A stretch of DNA of 64,000 nt. Origin: Octopus sinensis (taxonomy: Eukaryota). Of the stretch, positions 24,435 to 36,866 are shown piece by piece. The notes beneath the pieces are model-generated. The model saw nothing but the letters and a program-made list of their open reading frames with translations. It had not been told where the DNA came from and ran no database searches. The DNA is taken from NCBI RefSeq assembly GCF_006345805.1, contig NC_043011.1, positions 32,500,464-32,564,463 of the forward strand, written 5' to 3'. Each line of letters begins with the position of its first letter. Position 1 is the stretch's first letter. Both the position numbers and the translations under genes were made by a program.

Positions 24435-26434
24435 CTAGACAATGTGTAATTAAATTCACAATAAATAAATATATGTCGAAGATAAATATTTGTTAATCCT
24501 GAGGATCATCGCTAGCAGATAACTCACCAGAATATTTTGGCGACATGGCGAATATTCATGGATTAGCTAATGGCTACAGTAGTTATTACATGAATCTTAT
24601 AATTCATTAATGATTGAAGGTTTAAGAATTAAAGACTTTCTCTGCGTATAAGATTGTTATTGTTGCCGTTTAACTTCATGTCAGTTCTGATTGACCAGGA
24701 AACCATCGCCAAAGGCGTTTAACTCAACAATGCCCAACGTATACTTGCTTTAATTTTTGAGAAATCAAAATAGAGTCCTTGAGGCGGTATATGTCAGTGC
24801 TGTAAACCACTGCAGAACTATACACGAGTGCGCCATCACATAACACACGGTCGCGTGCGTGATGAGAGCTGGCAGTGACCTTCACGAGGCATCGCTTCGA
24901 GTGACATCGCTGTGTTTACTTTGCAAATTGTGCATGGCAAGAAATCTTGTTAGCTTGCTGAGCAATGTTAAAATTATCCGAGATGAGTATCTTTCGTAAA
25001 GGCATGTTGAACCCCCCCCCCCAAACTGAATTATCCTAGATATCCAACGTGTAAGTGGGTTAAAGTGGAGGCGCGTGGCTTAGTGGTTAGGGTGTCAGCA
25101 TCATTATCGTAAGATTGTGGTTTCGATTCTTGGACCGGGTGACGCGTTGTGTTCTTGAGCAAAAAAATTCATTTCACGATGCTCCAGTCCACTCAGCTGA
25201 CAAAAATGAGTAACGTCCAGCTGGGGAACACATACGCCATTGAAACCGGAAAACCGGGGCCCATGAGCCTGGCTAGGCTTTAAAAGGGCGCATTTATTAT
25301 TTTTTTTTGTGGGTTAAGGATAGAGAGCCTTTACGTAGTGAGTAACATAGACAAATACAGGTATACCAAATATCATACAATATAAATTCATGGTTTATTA
25401 AAATTATCTGTGCTTCTCGAGTATGTATCATAACACTGTATAACATAATTCAAACTCCAAGGAATCCCTATCAACACATCTTTATTATGCACTCCCTCTA
25501 CTCCTGCTCATGATCAAGATGTACATATTGTCAACCACTGAGGAACATGCTAAAGTAGTTAAGGTCAAACATCTGACAAGCAAATCTATGATATTGAGCA
25601 GAATATTTGCTATAACGATATTTCTGCTTCAGCAACTCAGTGCTGAATCTGTCTGAAATGTAATGAAAAATTGCTCAGTTTCAAAACATTGTTGTCCAAG
25701 TCACAAAAGAAAAGTCTGAAGAGAGTAGTTGTAATTTCCTTTGATCTTTGGATAGAAGCAAATAGGAAATAGCACTTTCTGACCAAAGACAAAAAACAAA
25801 AAAAAAAAGAAATTAAAAAGTAAAATTAAAAATTTTGCTACGCGGTGTAATTGCTAAAAAGCTATTTCTAAATCAAGAGCGGAGAGATAACATCAAAAGT
25901 TAAGAATACTCAAATGGTGGCATGCCATTACGGAAAAAGACAAACTTATTGTTCTGGAGGGCAGTCGTGGGTGCGTGTTTCTGACTCAATGGTCGTCACC
26001 AGCAAAATTGTCCTATCTTATCTTCAGTAGCCAAGGGACTTAAGACTTATACAAAAAGAGCAGGACAGTTATATGGCCCAGGTAATTTGCATAAAGTTAC
26101 CAAAAATGAGGTATGGGGAATAATTCAGAGTAGCCAGCATCAAATACGAGGGTGGACTGAAAAGTTCTTAGGTTGACCACCTTTGGTGATAGTTTCTGGT
26201 CAATCAAAGCTGACTTGAGGCAAAACAGCAACAGCAATAATCTTACACGTAGAAAAAGTTTTTGATTTTTAAGTCCTCAACCATGAATAATGACTACTGT
26301 AGATATTAGCTAATCCGTGAATAATCACCAGGTCACCAAACCCCATTAATCACCTATCAGCTAGCGATAATCCTCAAATGCTACAAATATTTGCCTTCGA
26401 TTATCTGTCGCGACTTCAATTTCACATTGTCTAG
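24435..26434. repeat. Diverged inverted pair of a ~270-290-bp repeat (24435-24725 / 26172-26434)
   Basis: CTAGACAATGTG..GAGGATCATCGCTAGC..GGATTAGCTAAT..CTACAGTAGT..TAAGATT..GATTGACCAG..CCAAAGG matches the reverse complement of 26172-26434. Confidence 0.75.
25065..25300 (+). mobile_element. SINE C with tail Y
   Basis: GTGGAGGCGCGTGGCTTAGTGGTTAGG..GTTTCGATTC..TTGAGCAA..CTCCAGTCCACTCAGCTG..GAAACCGGAAAACC. Confidence 0.85.
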
Positions 26435-27992
26435 GCTTATTCTCGTTTTCTTTCTTCTAAGTTGTACATGTATTTTGGAGTCATGATTCTAAGTCATCTG
26501 AACAATGATGTTAGACGTCTAGGCCAGAGAAACGATTAGATGTGTTGGTTAGATTTCCTTCTCGAGTCATGCTGACTCATAAAGATCAGTTTCTCAAATC
26601 CTTAGACAAGAGAGGCCAATAGACAACTGCCCAGTGTCCCATGCCTTAAAAGAGCATAGCCTAGATAAAATTGCCAAAAGAGGAAGAGCAGTATCCATGA
26701 CCATTTCCAAGGCTTTGGGGGGCTTTATGAGTTGTTGGAGGAAGGAAGGAATTTATCATCAGATTAAACTCTTAGCCAGAGTTCATCCAAGAGAGTGAAC
26801 TCCACTGAATAATCCAAGAGCAAGCAAGACGATGATGATAAAACGGATTAAATTCACCACCTAGCTACAGGAGCAGTTTCTGAGACAGGTGCCCCACACA
26901 GTTAATACTTACGAAATTTCACTTGCACCGTATTAGTTGACTAGTAGATATAGTAGAAGTGATATAATCGCAATACCACACAGTGGGATCGAACACGGAA
27001 CTGTATAGGCACAAAGTGTACTTCCTAACCTCACAACCATGCCTGCATTCGAGGATGACAGGATACGTACAAACTGCCGACACCCTAACCACTCAATCAT
27101 CCAGGTTGTCCTTGGATGTTGTGGTTGTTATTGTTGGTATTCAGCTCCAAATGAACTCTGATGATCAAAGGCGCTCCACTTATGATCGTTCCAATTTTTC
27201 CTTCGTATTTGATCCATTATATCCTTTCATTTTTTAGAACAGTAAAATGTAATTTGAGAGACATTTTGGGTGCTGTTTCTAGCAGGTTGCGCGACCACGT
27301 TGGTTCAACATGTTTTTTCGTTGGCTAACTTCTTTGCCTCGGAGCTAAGAAAGGCTATTATTAACCGGAGTATGGTGTACGGATCGCAACATTGATTGTT
27401 ACTTACAAGCTATCGTATCTTATCCACATTTGAATGATTTTAGGTGCTGTTTCTGGCAGGTCACATGACTACAGAGAAGCTTCTTCGTTTGTTCAGTATT
27501 TTTTTTCTTTCTTCTGGTGAACCTATTTTCACGCGAGCTGAGAAGGGGCTATTATAAACTTGATCGGGATGTGTTAATCGCGAGAATAAATGTTACAAGC
27601 CGTCGTATCTAATTCGTACTGAGACTAAAAAGAAAAAGAAAAAAAAAAAACGCAGATCCAATTTGTGAGGAAGACTGATTGGTCAGATCGTTTGTATGGG
27701 AGAAGATTATCGTCTGCTTTCTGTTATACAACAGGAAGGCTCCAATTGAACATTGCAACAATTGCCGAACAATTCTCTAATAAAAAAAAAATCAGACAAC
27801 ACATTGGTTTTTGATCTGTTATGAGGCAGATAAGAAACAAAAACTTCTTAATTACTTCCGGTTCGGAGATGTAGACATGTTACAGAGCGGTAGAAAGTAT
27901 TGTGGCTGCAGGAAGAAGAGGAAGGAAGACGATATTGAATATTGGGAATACAATTACACAGGTTCTGAGGAGGTATCTGATTTGATGATAAT

Positions 27993-28027
<35 letters not shown>

Positions 28028-28413
28028 TATCATCACCAATACTTTTTTCTCTCTCCCCGTACACAGATATGAATACACGCGCGCGAGCGAGCGCTCGTAC
28101 ATCGCGCACACGCGCACACACACACACACACGCACATGCACACGCGCACACACACACACATAGACATATACACACGCGCACACGTATTAATTATTTCAGC
28201 TGAAAGCTCACTGTGTTAGAACACCGATTCATAGGAGAAACATACAAGGAAACTATGAAGTACTGCGCATTCGAAGAAGAGGAAGGAAAGGGAGGAGGAG
28301 GAGGAAGAGGAGAATAAAAATAACCATAAAAATAAGAACAAGAATAAGAAGAGGGGACATGTGTAAATATGTTTGTATATACATGTATGAATGTATGTAA
28401 GTATGCATGTGCG

Positions 28414-28473
<60 letters not shown>

Positions 28474-28519
28474 CATCCATCCATCCATCCATCCATCCAT
28501 CCATCCATCTATCTATATA

Positions 28520-28603
<84 letters not shown>

Positions 28604-29055
28604 CCTATCTATGCTCTGTATGTATGTATGTATGTATGCATGCATGTAATTATATTCACATACACACATGCACATATATGCTTCGTCTACTCCTGCACAT
28701 CCGCTTCATTAGTTTCTTCTCCTCTTGCCGCCCAATTTGTGTCCACCATCACTAGGTTACTCTAGACCCCACACTAAGCACAACTCACTCTTTACTTCTC
28801 ATAGCGTCAGCCCTCTAGACTTCATTTTCTGCTTGTGCTTTTCCCGTAATCTGCAACATTGAAATTATTTAAGAAGGATACTAAGCGCTCCGATATCAGT
28901 AGTCTTGGAACGTCAACGAACGTCCAAGTTTTTCCTTCTAACTAATCTACTAATGATGTTATATACGTTTTTAAAATAAATAAACAAGCTGTCGAAGACG
29001 AACGCTGCTGAAACAGAGTTTGTTAAATATTTCAGTAGAGAAATTCTCAGATAAA

Positions 29056-29446
29056 TCTTTATATATAAAAGAGAAGTTGTGTGTCTGTCTCCTACGATTT
29101 AGATTCCTAACTACTCCCACATTTTGCGGTGCAGTTTAACCAAAACCGGGTATCATATAGTCGTGATTCATATCGAGCCCTTATGGGTATTAGCGCGCGT
29201 CTACGATGAGTCTACGATTTAAAAAAAAAATTACCATCATTTTTTTCCATTTGAATGCATTTTTTTCGCTATTATATAAGGGAAGTAACTCTCTAAAAAT
29301 GTCTACGATGAGTCAACGATTTAAAAAAAAATTTACCATAATTTTTTTTTTAATGCATTTTTTGCTATTTTTTGGCTATAACTCTCTAAAATGCTTATAT
29401 AGTTATTTCCCTTACAAACCCGAGCAACGCCGGGCGATACTGCTAG
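29056..29446 (+). mobile_element. Non-autonomous Helitron, copy 2
   Basis: A|TCTTTATATATAAAA ... CCCGAGCAACGCCGGGCGATACTGCTAG|T; close match to 11568-11962. Confidence 0.87.
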
Positions 29447-29900
29447 TAATTGATAAGAACGTAGTATACAGCATGAGGTGTCGACAAGGGCAGTGTAAAG
29501 ATGAAAGAATTGAAGATAATCGGTATTGGGCTTATGAAAATAGACCATCTATGTTTTATAAAAACGGCAAAAGATAATGGATCACTAAAGTACTGAAATA
29601 GAAACTGCATCCATATTTCGCAGAATCGGATATTATGAAATACATGTTACCGGACTGTACATACAGGAAGGCCGACAAATGTCAATTAGAAAAAAAAAAA
29701 CGGACAGGGTAGCCTCCCATCTAAAAGATTGTACATAAATAAGATCATGTGCACTATTACCTCACCTCAAATATAACACAATGTATCAGGAAACGCAATA
29801 GGGCATGATATGATATGATATGATATAAATTAATACGTTTATCAGACTGCTAACATGAAGATAGACAGGTGTGGCAATTGTGATAAATATATGCTCAGTA

Positions 29901-30106
29901 TATGAGGGAGTGCTGAGAAGTTCCCGGCTTTAAGGGTGTCGCGAAAAGTGTCGTTGGAGGTCCAACATTTCGGGTCCTTTTATAGAGATAAGAAAAAAAA
30001 AACTGAAGGGCTGCTGCAGTAAGTGTGTGAATCTGAGAAGGGAATATACTGAGTAAAGCAATTAACTGATCCTCCTGTATTTTCTTTTACCCCAAACCAG
30101 GAACTT
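29901..30106. mobile_element. Mariner-type MITE; right TIR truncated by the adjacent duplication
   Basis: TA-TGAGGGAGTGCTGAGAAGTTCCCGG left end; partial CCAGGAACTT right end; related TIR fragment TACGAGGGTGGACTGAAAAGTTC near 26146. Confidence 0.55.
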
Positions 30107-30112
30107 GTAACA

Positions 30113-30526
30113 TATGTATGCATGCATGTAATTATATTCACATACACACATGCACATATATGCTTCGTCTACTCCTGCACATCCGCTTCATTAGTTTCTC
30201 CTCCTCTTGCCGCCCAATTTGTGTCCACCATCACTAGGTTACTCTAGACCCCACACCAAGCACAACTCACTCTTTACTTCTCAAAGCGTCAGTCCTCTAG
30301 ACTTCATTTTCTGTTGTCCAAGTCACAAAAGAAAAGTCTGAAGAGAGTAGTTGTAATTTCCTTTGATCTTTGGATAGAAGCAAATAGGAAATAGCACTTT
30401 CTGGCCAAAGACAAAAAAAAAAGAAATTAAAAAGTAAAATAAAAAATTTTGTTACGCGGTGTAATTGCTAAAAAGCTATTTCTAAATCAAGAGCGGAGAG
30501 ATAACATCAAAAGTTAAGAATACTCA
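30113..30526 (+). repeat. Local duplication joining 28631-28831 to 25690-25912
   Basis: Both parts match their sources with only a handful of substitutions. Confidence 0.92.
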
Positions 30527-30569
30527 TAATAGACTATCCACCACATGGTCCAATCTTTGTTGCGTTGTG

Positions 30570-30962
30570 GTGGCTTGTATGCCTCAATGACCCTGTGAAC
30601 TATGCGCGTGGATTGCAAGTTCCTGGTAGGCGCTCTTATGCTAGACAGGTAAAAGGACAGAGGCCAGACTAATATGGATCACGTCTTCCCAGAGGTAAAA
30701 ACGGTTTTAAGCAAGGCTAACAGCCATACCGAGATAAAAGTAAATTACAGAAGCATCGACGACAACTCAAAACTGGGAGAGAAAGGCATTGTCCCAGCAA
30801 AACATATGACGCAGCACAGCAAAATCCGTCTGAAAGGAAGCTGTACGGAAATAGGAATCCAACTGGAAAGATGCAGAATAAAAGGGACCCACAGTCGAGA
30901 ATCATGGGGAAAAATTGTCGATAGCCCAAGCTCTTAAGGGAGCAAAGGACTAAAGTAAAATA
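30570..30962 (+). mobile_element. Internally deleted RTE-derived element (5' UTR-like plus 3' end)
   Basis: GGTGGCTTGTATGCCTCAATGACCCTGTGAACTATGC..CAGGTAAAAGGACAGAGGCCAGACTAA resembles RTE 5' UTRs; ORF end ..SRESWGKIVDSPSS* resembles RTE C-termini. Confidence 0.45.
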
Positions 30963-31572
30963 AATAAAGTTATACTATACTACTTCTGTGGGCGGTGAGC
31001 CGGCAGAATTGTTAGCACGCTGGCAAAATGCTTAGCGGCATTTCGTCCATCTTCGGGTTCTGAGTTCATATTCTGTTGAGGTCGACTTTGCCTTTCATCC
31101 TTATGGAGTTAGTAAAATAAGTACCAGTTGGTTTCTAATTTTGACACAAAGCCAACGAATTGCGACGGCAGGGGTAAGTCGATTACATCGATCGCAGTAA
31201 TCGATTGGTACTTATTTTATCGATCTCCGAAAGGATGAACGGCAATGTCGACCTCAGCAGAATTTGAACTCAGAACGTAGAGACGGACAAAATGCCGCAA
31301 TGCCGCTAAGCATTTTTGCCCGGCATGCTAACGATTGCAGCCATGCTGGGGCACAGACCTGAAGACAGTACTTATTTTTAAGTTTGGCACCTTCTCTATC
31401 GGTATTTTTTGCTGACCCGCTGTTTTACAAGGGCGTAAAGAAACCAAAACCGCCAGTTCTTAATCGGTGGTGGGGGTCACATACAAAGACATATCCACAT
31501 AATACATACATACATATATAACACACACACACACACACATTCACACACACACACATACACACACACACACAT

Positions 31573-31605
<33 letters not shown>

Positions 31606-31819
31606 ATGTGGAAAGGCTGAGAAAAAATTCCACGCAGTGAATTGTAGTTAAAATAGATAAAAAGAAGGAAAATACACAGAAATGTTTTGTTGCACAAAAC
31701 ACACACAACTACACACAACATATCGCACGCGCACACACATACATACGCACACGCACACACATACACACACATGTTTGTATGTATATGTGCATGTATATAT
31801 ATAAATATAAGTATATAAT

Positions 31820-31876
<57 letters not shown>

Positions 31877-32077
31877 AGAGGTTAAATTAGCCTCATTAAT
31901 GGATGGTATCATCTAATGAATTTATGGTTCAATACCAAATATTATTATGAATAATAATATTCATGAAACAATAGGTTCATATATATAAATCATGGTTTAT
32001 AATCATTCAAAAGAGAGTAAGAAAAATAAAATATAGCATTTAATAAAAATTTATTATCTGCAAAAATCAAACATAGG

Positions 32078-32159
32078 CCCTTACAGCTGTTTCAATTCAG
32101 TCTAAAGATTAAATAGCAAATATCAAAATCATTATATTACGCAAAATTTCTTCAGAGGG
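32078..32159 (-). ncRNA. Type I hammerhead ribozyme motif (left arm)
   Basis: CCCT-CTGAAGA-[partly decayed stem II]-GAAAC-AGCT-GTA-AGGG: intact core, stem I CCCT/AGGG, palindromic stem III. Confidence 0.62.
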
Positions 32160-32220
32160 ATAGAAAAATGATATACCGTTAGGTTTTTAATGTGCTGTAT
32201 CTTAGAATCATCACAGGAAA

Positions 32221-32303
32221 CTCTGAAGAGATTTTGCCTAATATAATGATTGTAATAATTGATATTTAATCATTTAGGCTGAATTGAAACAGCTGTAAGG
32301 GAC
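32221..32303 (+). ncRNA. Type I hammerhead ribozyme motif (right arm)
   Basis: CTGAAGA-GATTTTGCCTAA..TTAGGCTGAATT-GAAAC-AGCT-GTA-AGGGAC; stem II good, stem I reduced to 2 bp. Confidence 0.55.
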
Positions 32304-32444
32304 TAGGTTTGATTTTTGCAGATAATAAATTTTTATTAAATATTATATCTCCGTTTTCTTTCTTTCTTTTGAATGATTATAAACCATGATTTATACACAC
32401 AACACACACCACACACACATACACACACACATACACACATAGTG

Positions 32445-33015
32445 GGTATATGGCTGTATGTGGCCGAGCATTATCCTGATGGAAGAAAACCATTCGTCTT
32501 CAAAGCAAAGATCGTCGTTTTTCTTCTAGCGCAGGTGTCGATGAATAGTTGAATGACTAAATCCAAGCTTCTCTGTTAGTTCTTCAACAGTTACAATGGG
32601 ATTTTGTTCCACCAGAGTTTGCCAGACGTCTTCGTCGAGCTCTACGGATCTTCCAGGACGAGGTTCATCTTCTGGCTCGGAATTTCTGGAACCACCGTTG
32701 ACACTGGTTTACGCTTATTGTCCGGTCCCCATATACTGCATTGATATTCCTCACATTTTCCGTTGCGTTGTTGCTTTTGTTGAACTCATAAAGCAAAATA
32801 TGCTAAATATGCCCCTTTGTCATTTCCATTATAGCTTTGAAAAAAATAACTGTTAAAATGATATAGCACTCTTCAAAACTTGCACTAAGAATAAGGACGA
32901 GGTAAAATTACTACCTACTTTTACAGCAAGTTGGTGCAGGTAGTTTATCCTATCCCCCTCCGACTTTTAGGTCATGCAATTGCAAAATCCGCATTATTTA
33001 TGGGATGACCCAATA
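32445..33015 (-). mobile_element. Mariner (DD34D-type) transposase remnant with one TIR
   Basis: MEMTKGHI*HILLYEFNKSNNATENVRNINAVYGDRTISVNQCQRWFQKFR; EPRPGRSVELDEDVWQTLVEQNPIVTVEEL; VFFHQDNARPHT; TIR TATTGGGTCATCCCATAAATAATGCGG. Confidence 0.88.
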
Positions 33016-33823
33016 CACACACACACACATATATGTATGTATGTGTGTGGTGTGTGTATCTTTTATTTTCACTTGCTTCAGTCATTAAACAGCGGCCTTG
33101 CTGGGGCTCCACCTTGAAAAATTTCCCCCCAGTACATTTTTTAATCTTGGTAATTATTCTGTCTCTTTGTCGAGCAGCCAGGTAATGGGGACGTAAACAC
33201 ACCAACACACCAACACACCAAGTGGGGGACTAACACAAAGATACACACAGACACACACACAAACCCAAACCCTCACCGTCACACACACACACAGACATAC
33301 ACACACACACACACACACAAATATATATATGTATGAGCTCGAAGAAACATCATGAATACAAATGAATGTTTCACTGTAACAATAATCGATTGTTCACTGC
33401 AAGATCACAATAATTTCGTCACTTCAAGGCCAAATCAGTCAATACTTGACTGAAAGATTAATCAATGTTCCACAGCAATGTTAGTCAATTTGACACTCCA
33501 AGATCGATCAATGATTCACTGAAGTGGCTGTGAGGATAGGCGCAGGCGTGGCTGTGTGGTAAGAAGTTCGCTTTCGAACAACATGGCTCCGGGTTTAGTC
33601 ATTGCGTGACATCGTGGGCAAGTGTCTTCTACAATAGTCTCGAGTCGAGCTGACTAAAGCTTCGTAAGTTTGGTTGATGGGAAGCCCGGTGTTTATATAT
33701 ACATATATTTATATATATATATATACACGCACACACACATACACACACACACATATATATATCTATATACATATCGCTATTCACTAAACCTTTATTATTT
33801 TCTCTCTCCGTTTATTTCTGTAT

Positions 33824-33862
33824 TCTTTTCTGACGGAGAGCGTAGGCTCGAAACGTAAAAGA
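33824..33862 (+). ncRNA. Minimal type I hammerhead-like motif with one core change
   Basis: TCTTTT-CTGACGG-A-GAGC-GTAG-GCTC-GAAAC-GTA-AAAGA (core position A9 reads G). Confidence 0.6.
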
Positions 33863-34154
33863 CTTTCTCACTTCCCGAGCGTTAAACTAATACATCAGTT
33901 TGTTGTTTACACACCAGTCTTAGTCTATTTTTTTTGTAAATTCTCACTATATATATATATATGCAAGTTTGTATGATCGTGTATATAAGAATATATTAAA
34001 CAATGAAATTCCAAATTAGTCTGATTTTCACATTGTATTATTTGTAATTTTTACAATTTTATATTTTTACATTTTTATAATTGAAGGTAATTAAAGAATA
34101 AATCCAACTATTTCACAACAATTGTCAATTGTAGAAAACGACGGTCAATAAATA

Positions 34155-34261
34155 AACCTCGGGCCGACCAAAGCTTTGTGAGTGGATTTGGTAGGCGGAA
34201 ACTGAGAGCAGCCCGTCGTATGTATATGTATATGTATATGTAATATGTATATGTATGTGTT

Positions 34262-34301
<40 letters not shown>

Positions 34302-34313
34302 GTATATATATAT

Positions 34314-34354
<41 letters not shown>

Positions 34355-34588
34355 ATATATAATATGGGTATGTGTGGTATGTGCTTTTCCTCCCCCCAAC
34401 ATCGCTTGACAACCGATACTAGTGTGTTTACGTCCCCGTAACTTAGCTGTTCGGCAAACGAGACCGATAGAATAAGTACTTGGCGTACAAAGAATAAGTC
34501 CTGGGGTCGATTTGTTCGACTAAAGGCGGTGCTCCAGCATGGCCGCAGTCGCGTGACTGAAGCAGGTGAAAGAGTAAAAGAATAAAAG
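34155..34588 (+). mobile_element. SINE A, 5'-truncated
   Basis: Body, microsatellite and tail as in other copies. Confidence 0.85.
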
Positions 34589-34594
34589 TTTATA

Positions 34595-35442
34595 CAGAGT
34601 GCAGTGAATAAATTACGTAAAAATCAAAAAAGCACTGACGTCTCATTTTAACAGAAATATTTACCCGAAGTACAGAAAAATATATTGGAATATTAAAGAG
34701 TAAATTTACTTAATAAAATCGCCATTGGCTTCAACCACGGTCTCCAGACGCCTTCGTAATCTCCTGCAACTCTTCTGGACGGACTCCTTGTTTAAGTTGG
34801 TGAATGCTGCCATAATCCTTGCCTTCAGTTCATCTTTGGTGTTATAGGCAGTTTTGCTGGTCTCTCGCTCAACTGCGCCCTAAACATAATAAAGGGGTCC
34901 GTAGTGTGGAGAGTTAGGTAGCCAGATGCTAGGGGTGATGTGGGCGCAAAAATTGCCTGACAGCCATGATTGTGTTCTCCTGCTTGTGTGTCATGGTGCA
35001 GAGTCCTGTTGCCAGACATAGGGTCTTCCAGCAGCCACCCTCTTAACCTAAGGCAGCACTACCTCCTCTGGGCACTTAATGTAGGCCTCCGTGTTGAGTC
35101 TAAGGCCATGTGGGAACATGAATGGAGGCATAACGTCGCCATCACTAGTGATCACTCCAAACACAATGATGTTGACTGGATGTTTGATTTTTATCACTCT
35201 CGGTACATGTCTTCAGATTGCACTGTCCTCAGACTGACGCCCAAAGACTATGAAATATTCGTACTGGAGCATATCGTTTCCAAATTTCTAGCAGAGTGAA
35301 CTGCGTCATGGTGCTGTTTTTTTCTCACAGATGGTGCCCAACTGACCCTACTATACTGTGTAGTCGACATGACCAAAAACAGGCAACGCGCATGCGCGAA
35401 ATTAGAAATATAAAAGGGTGACAATTTGCCCATCGCACCCTG
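34595..35442 (-). mobile_element. Tc1/mariner (maT, DD37D-like) internally deleted transposon
   Basis: TIRs CAGAGTGCAGTGAATAAATT / CAGGGTGCGATGGGCAAATT with TA on both sides; minus frame VFGVITSDGDVMPP..YVWQQDSAP*HTSRRTQSWL..WLPNSPHYGPLYYV*GAVE..KDELKARI; 37 residues after the second D. Confidence 0.9.
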
Positions 35443-35465
35443 TATGTACGTATGCGAGTGTGTGT

Positions 35466-35547
<82 letters not shown>

Positions 35548-35574
35548 CATACATACATACATATATATATATTC

Positions 35575-35965
35575 TTTTATTCTTTAATTCTTTTATTTGT
35601 TTCAGTCACTTGACTGTGGCCATGCTGAAGCACCGCCTTTAGTCGAACAAATCGACCCCAGGACCTATTCATTGTAAGCCTAGTGCTTATTCTATCGGAC
35701 TCTTTTGCCGAACTGCTAAGTTAAGGTGACGTAAATACATCAGCATTGGTTGTCAAGCGATGGGTGGGGTGGAAAACACAGACACGCAAACATACACACA
35801 CATACACATATATGACGGGATTCTTTCAGTTTCCATCTACCTAATTCACTTACAAGGCTTTGGTCGGCCCGAGGCTACAGTAGAAGACACGTGCCGAAGA
35901 TTCCACGCAGTGGGACTGAACCCGGAACCATGTGGCTGGTAAGCAAGCTACTTACCACACAGACA
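35575..35965 (-). mobile_element. SINE A
   Basis: Reverse complement of family consensus. Confidence 0.85.
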
Positions 35966-35983
35966 CTACACACACACACACAC

Positions 35984-36052
<69 letters not shown>

Positions 36053-36404
36053 TTGTGTTTGTGTGTTTAAATAGCAGTCGGTTTATACGATATCCATAAA
36101 ATTGTGATGGAAAAAAATAGTCAAACAAAGCAATAGGGAGTATCTATTTAGCCATTCATCTTGCTAGAAATAGTGCCTAAATCTCCTTCAAATTACCAAA
36201 TTACGTGTGAGATACTTAAAAAAAAAGATTCTTTGGAAAATGTGATCATAGAAATACTGTATGGAAAAATACAAAGACAGGATGGCTACGGCTGAAGCAT
36301 CTTTAATATAATAGGCCTGTGTTATTAAGACTGAATTGGGCTTTAAACAAGAATTAACGACAAATAATTGACAAACTTGAAATAGATAGAAATTATAGGC
36401 GCAG

Positions 36405-36775
36405 GCTGGAGCACTGCCTTTAGTCGCACAAATCATCCCGAGGACTTATTCTTTGTGAACCTAGTACTTATTCTATCGGTCTCCTTCACCGAACCGCTAA
36501 GTTACGCGGACGTTAACACACCAGCATCGGTTGTCAAGCGATCGTGGTGGTGGTGGGGACAAACACAGACACACAAACATGCACACATACACACATACAC
36601 ACACACACACATATATATACGACGGGCTTTTTACAGCTTCCGTCTACCAAATCAACTCATAAGGCTTTAGTCAGCCTGAGGCTATATAGAAGGCATTTAC
36701 CCAAGGTGCCACGCAATAGGATCGAACCCAGAACTATGTTGTTGGTAAGCAAGCTACTTACCACGCATCCACTAC
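36405..36775 (-). mobile_element. SINE A, diverged
   Basis: Reverse complement of family consensus. Confidence 0.8.
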
Positions 36776-36808
36776 ATATAAACGCATTGTACATAAAAGG
36801 TGCACATA

Positions 36809-36866
<58 letters not shown>

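Larger units (their letters stand above)
31985..32395. repeat. Foldback element, ~170-bp arms (31985-32157 / 32222-32395)
   Basis: TATAAATCATGGTTTATAATCATTCAAAAG..TTATTATCTGCAAAAATCAAAC..CCCTTACAGCTGTTTCAATTCAG..CTTCAGAG present in both orientations. Confidence 0.92.

Noticed and set aside
27811-27990. Frame ..KYCGCRKKRKEDDIEYWEYNYTGSEE with a possible GTATCT donor
   Set aside because: No good acceptor, purine-rich low complexity, no recognisable family.
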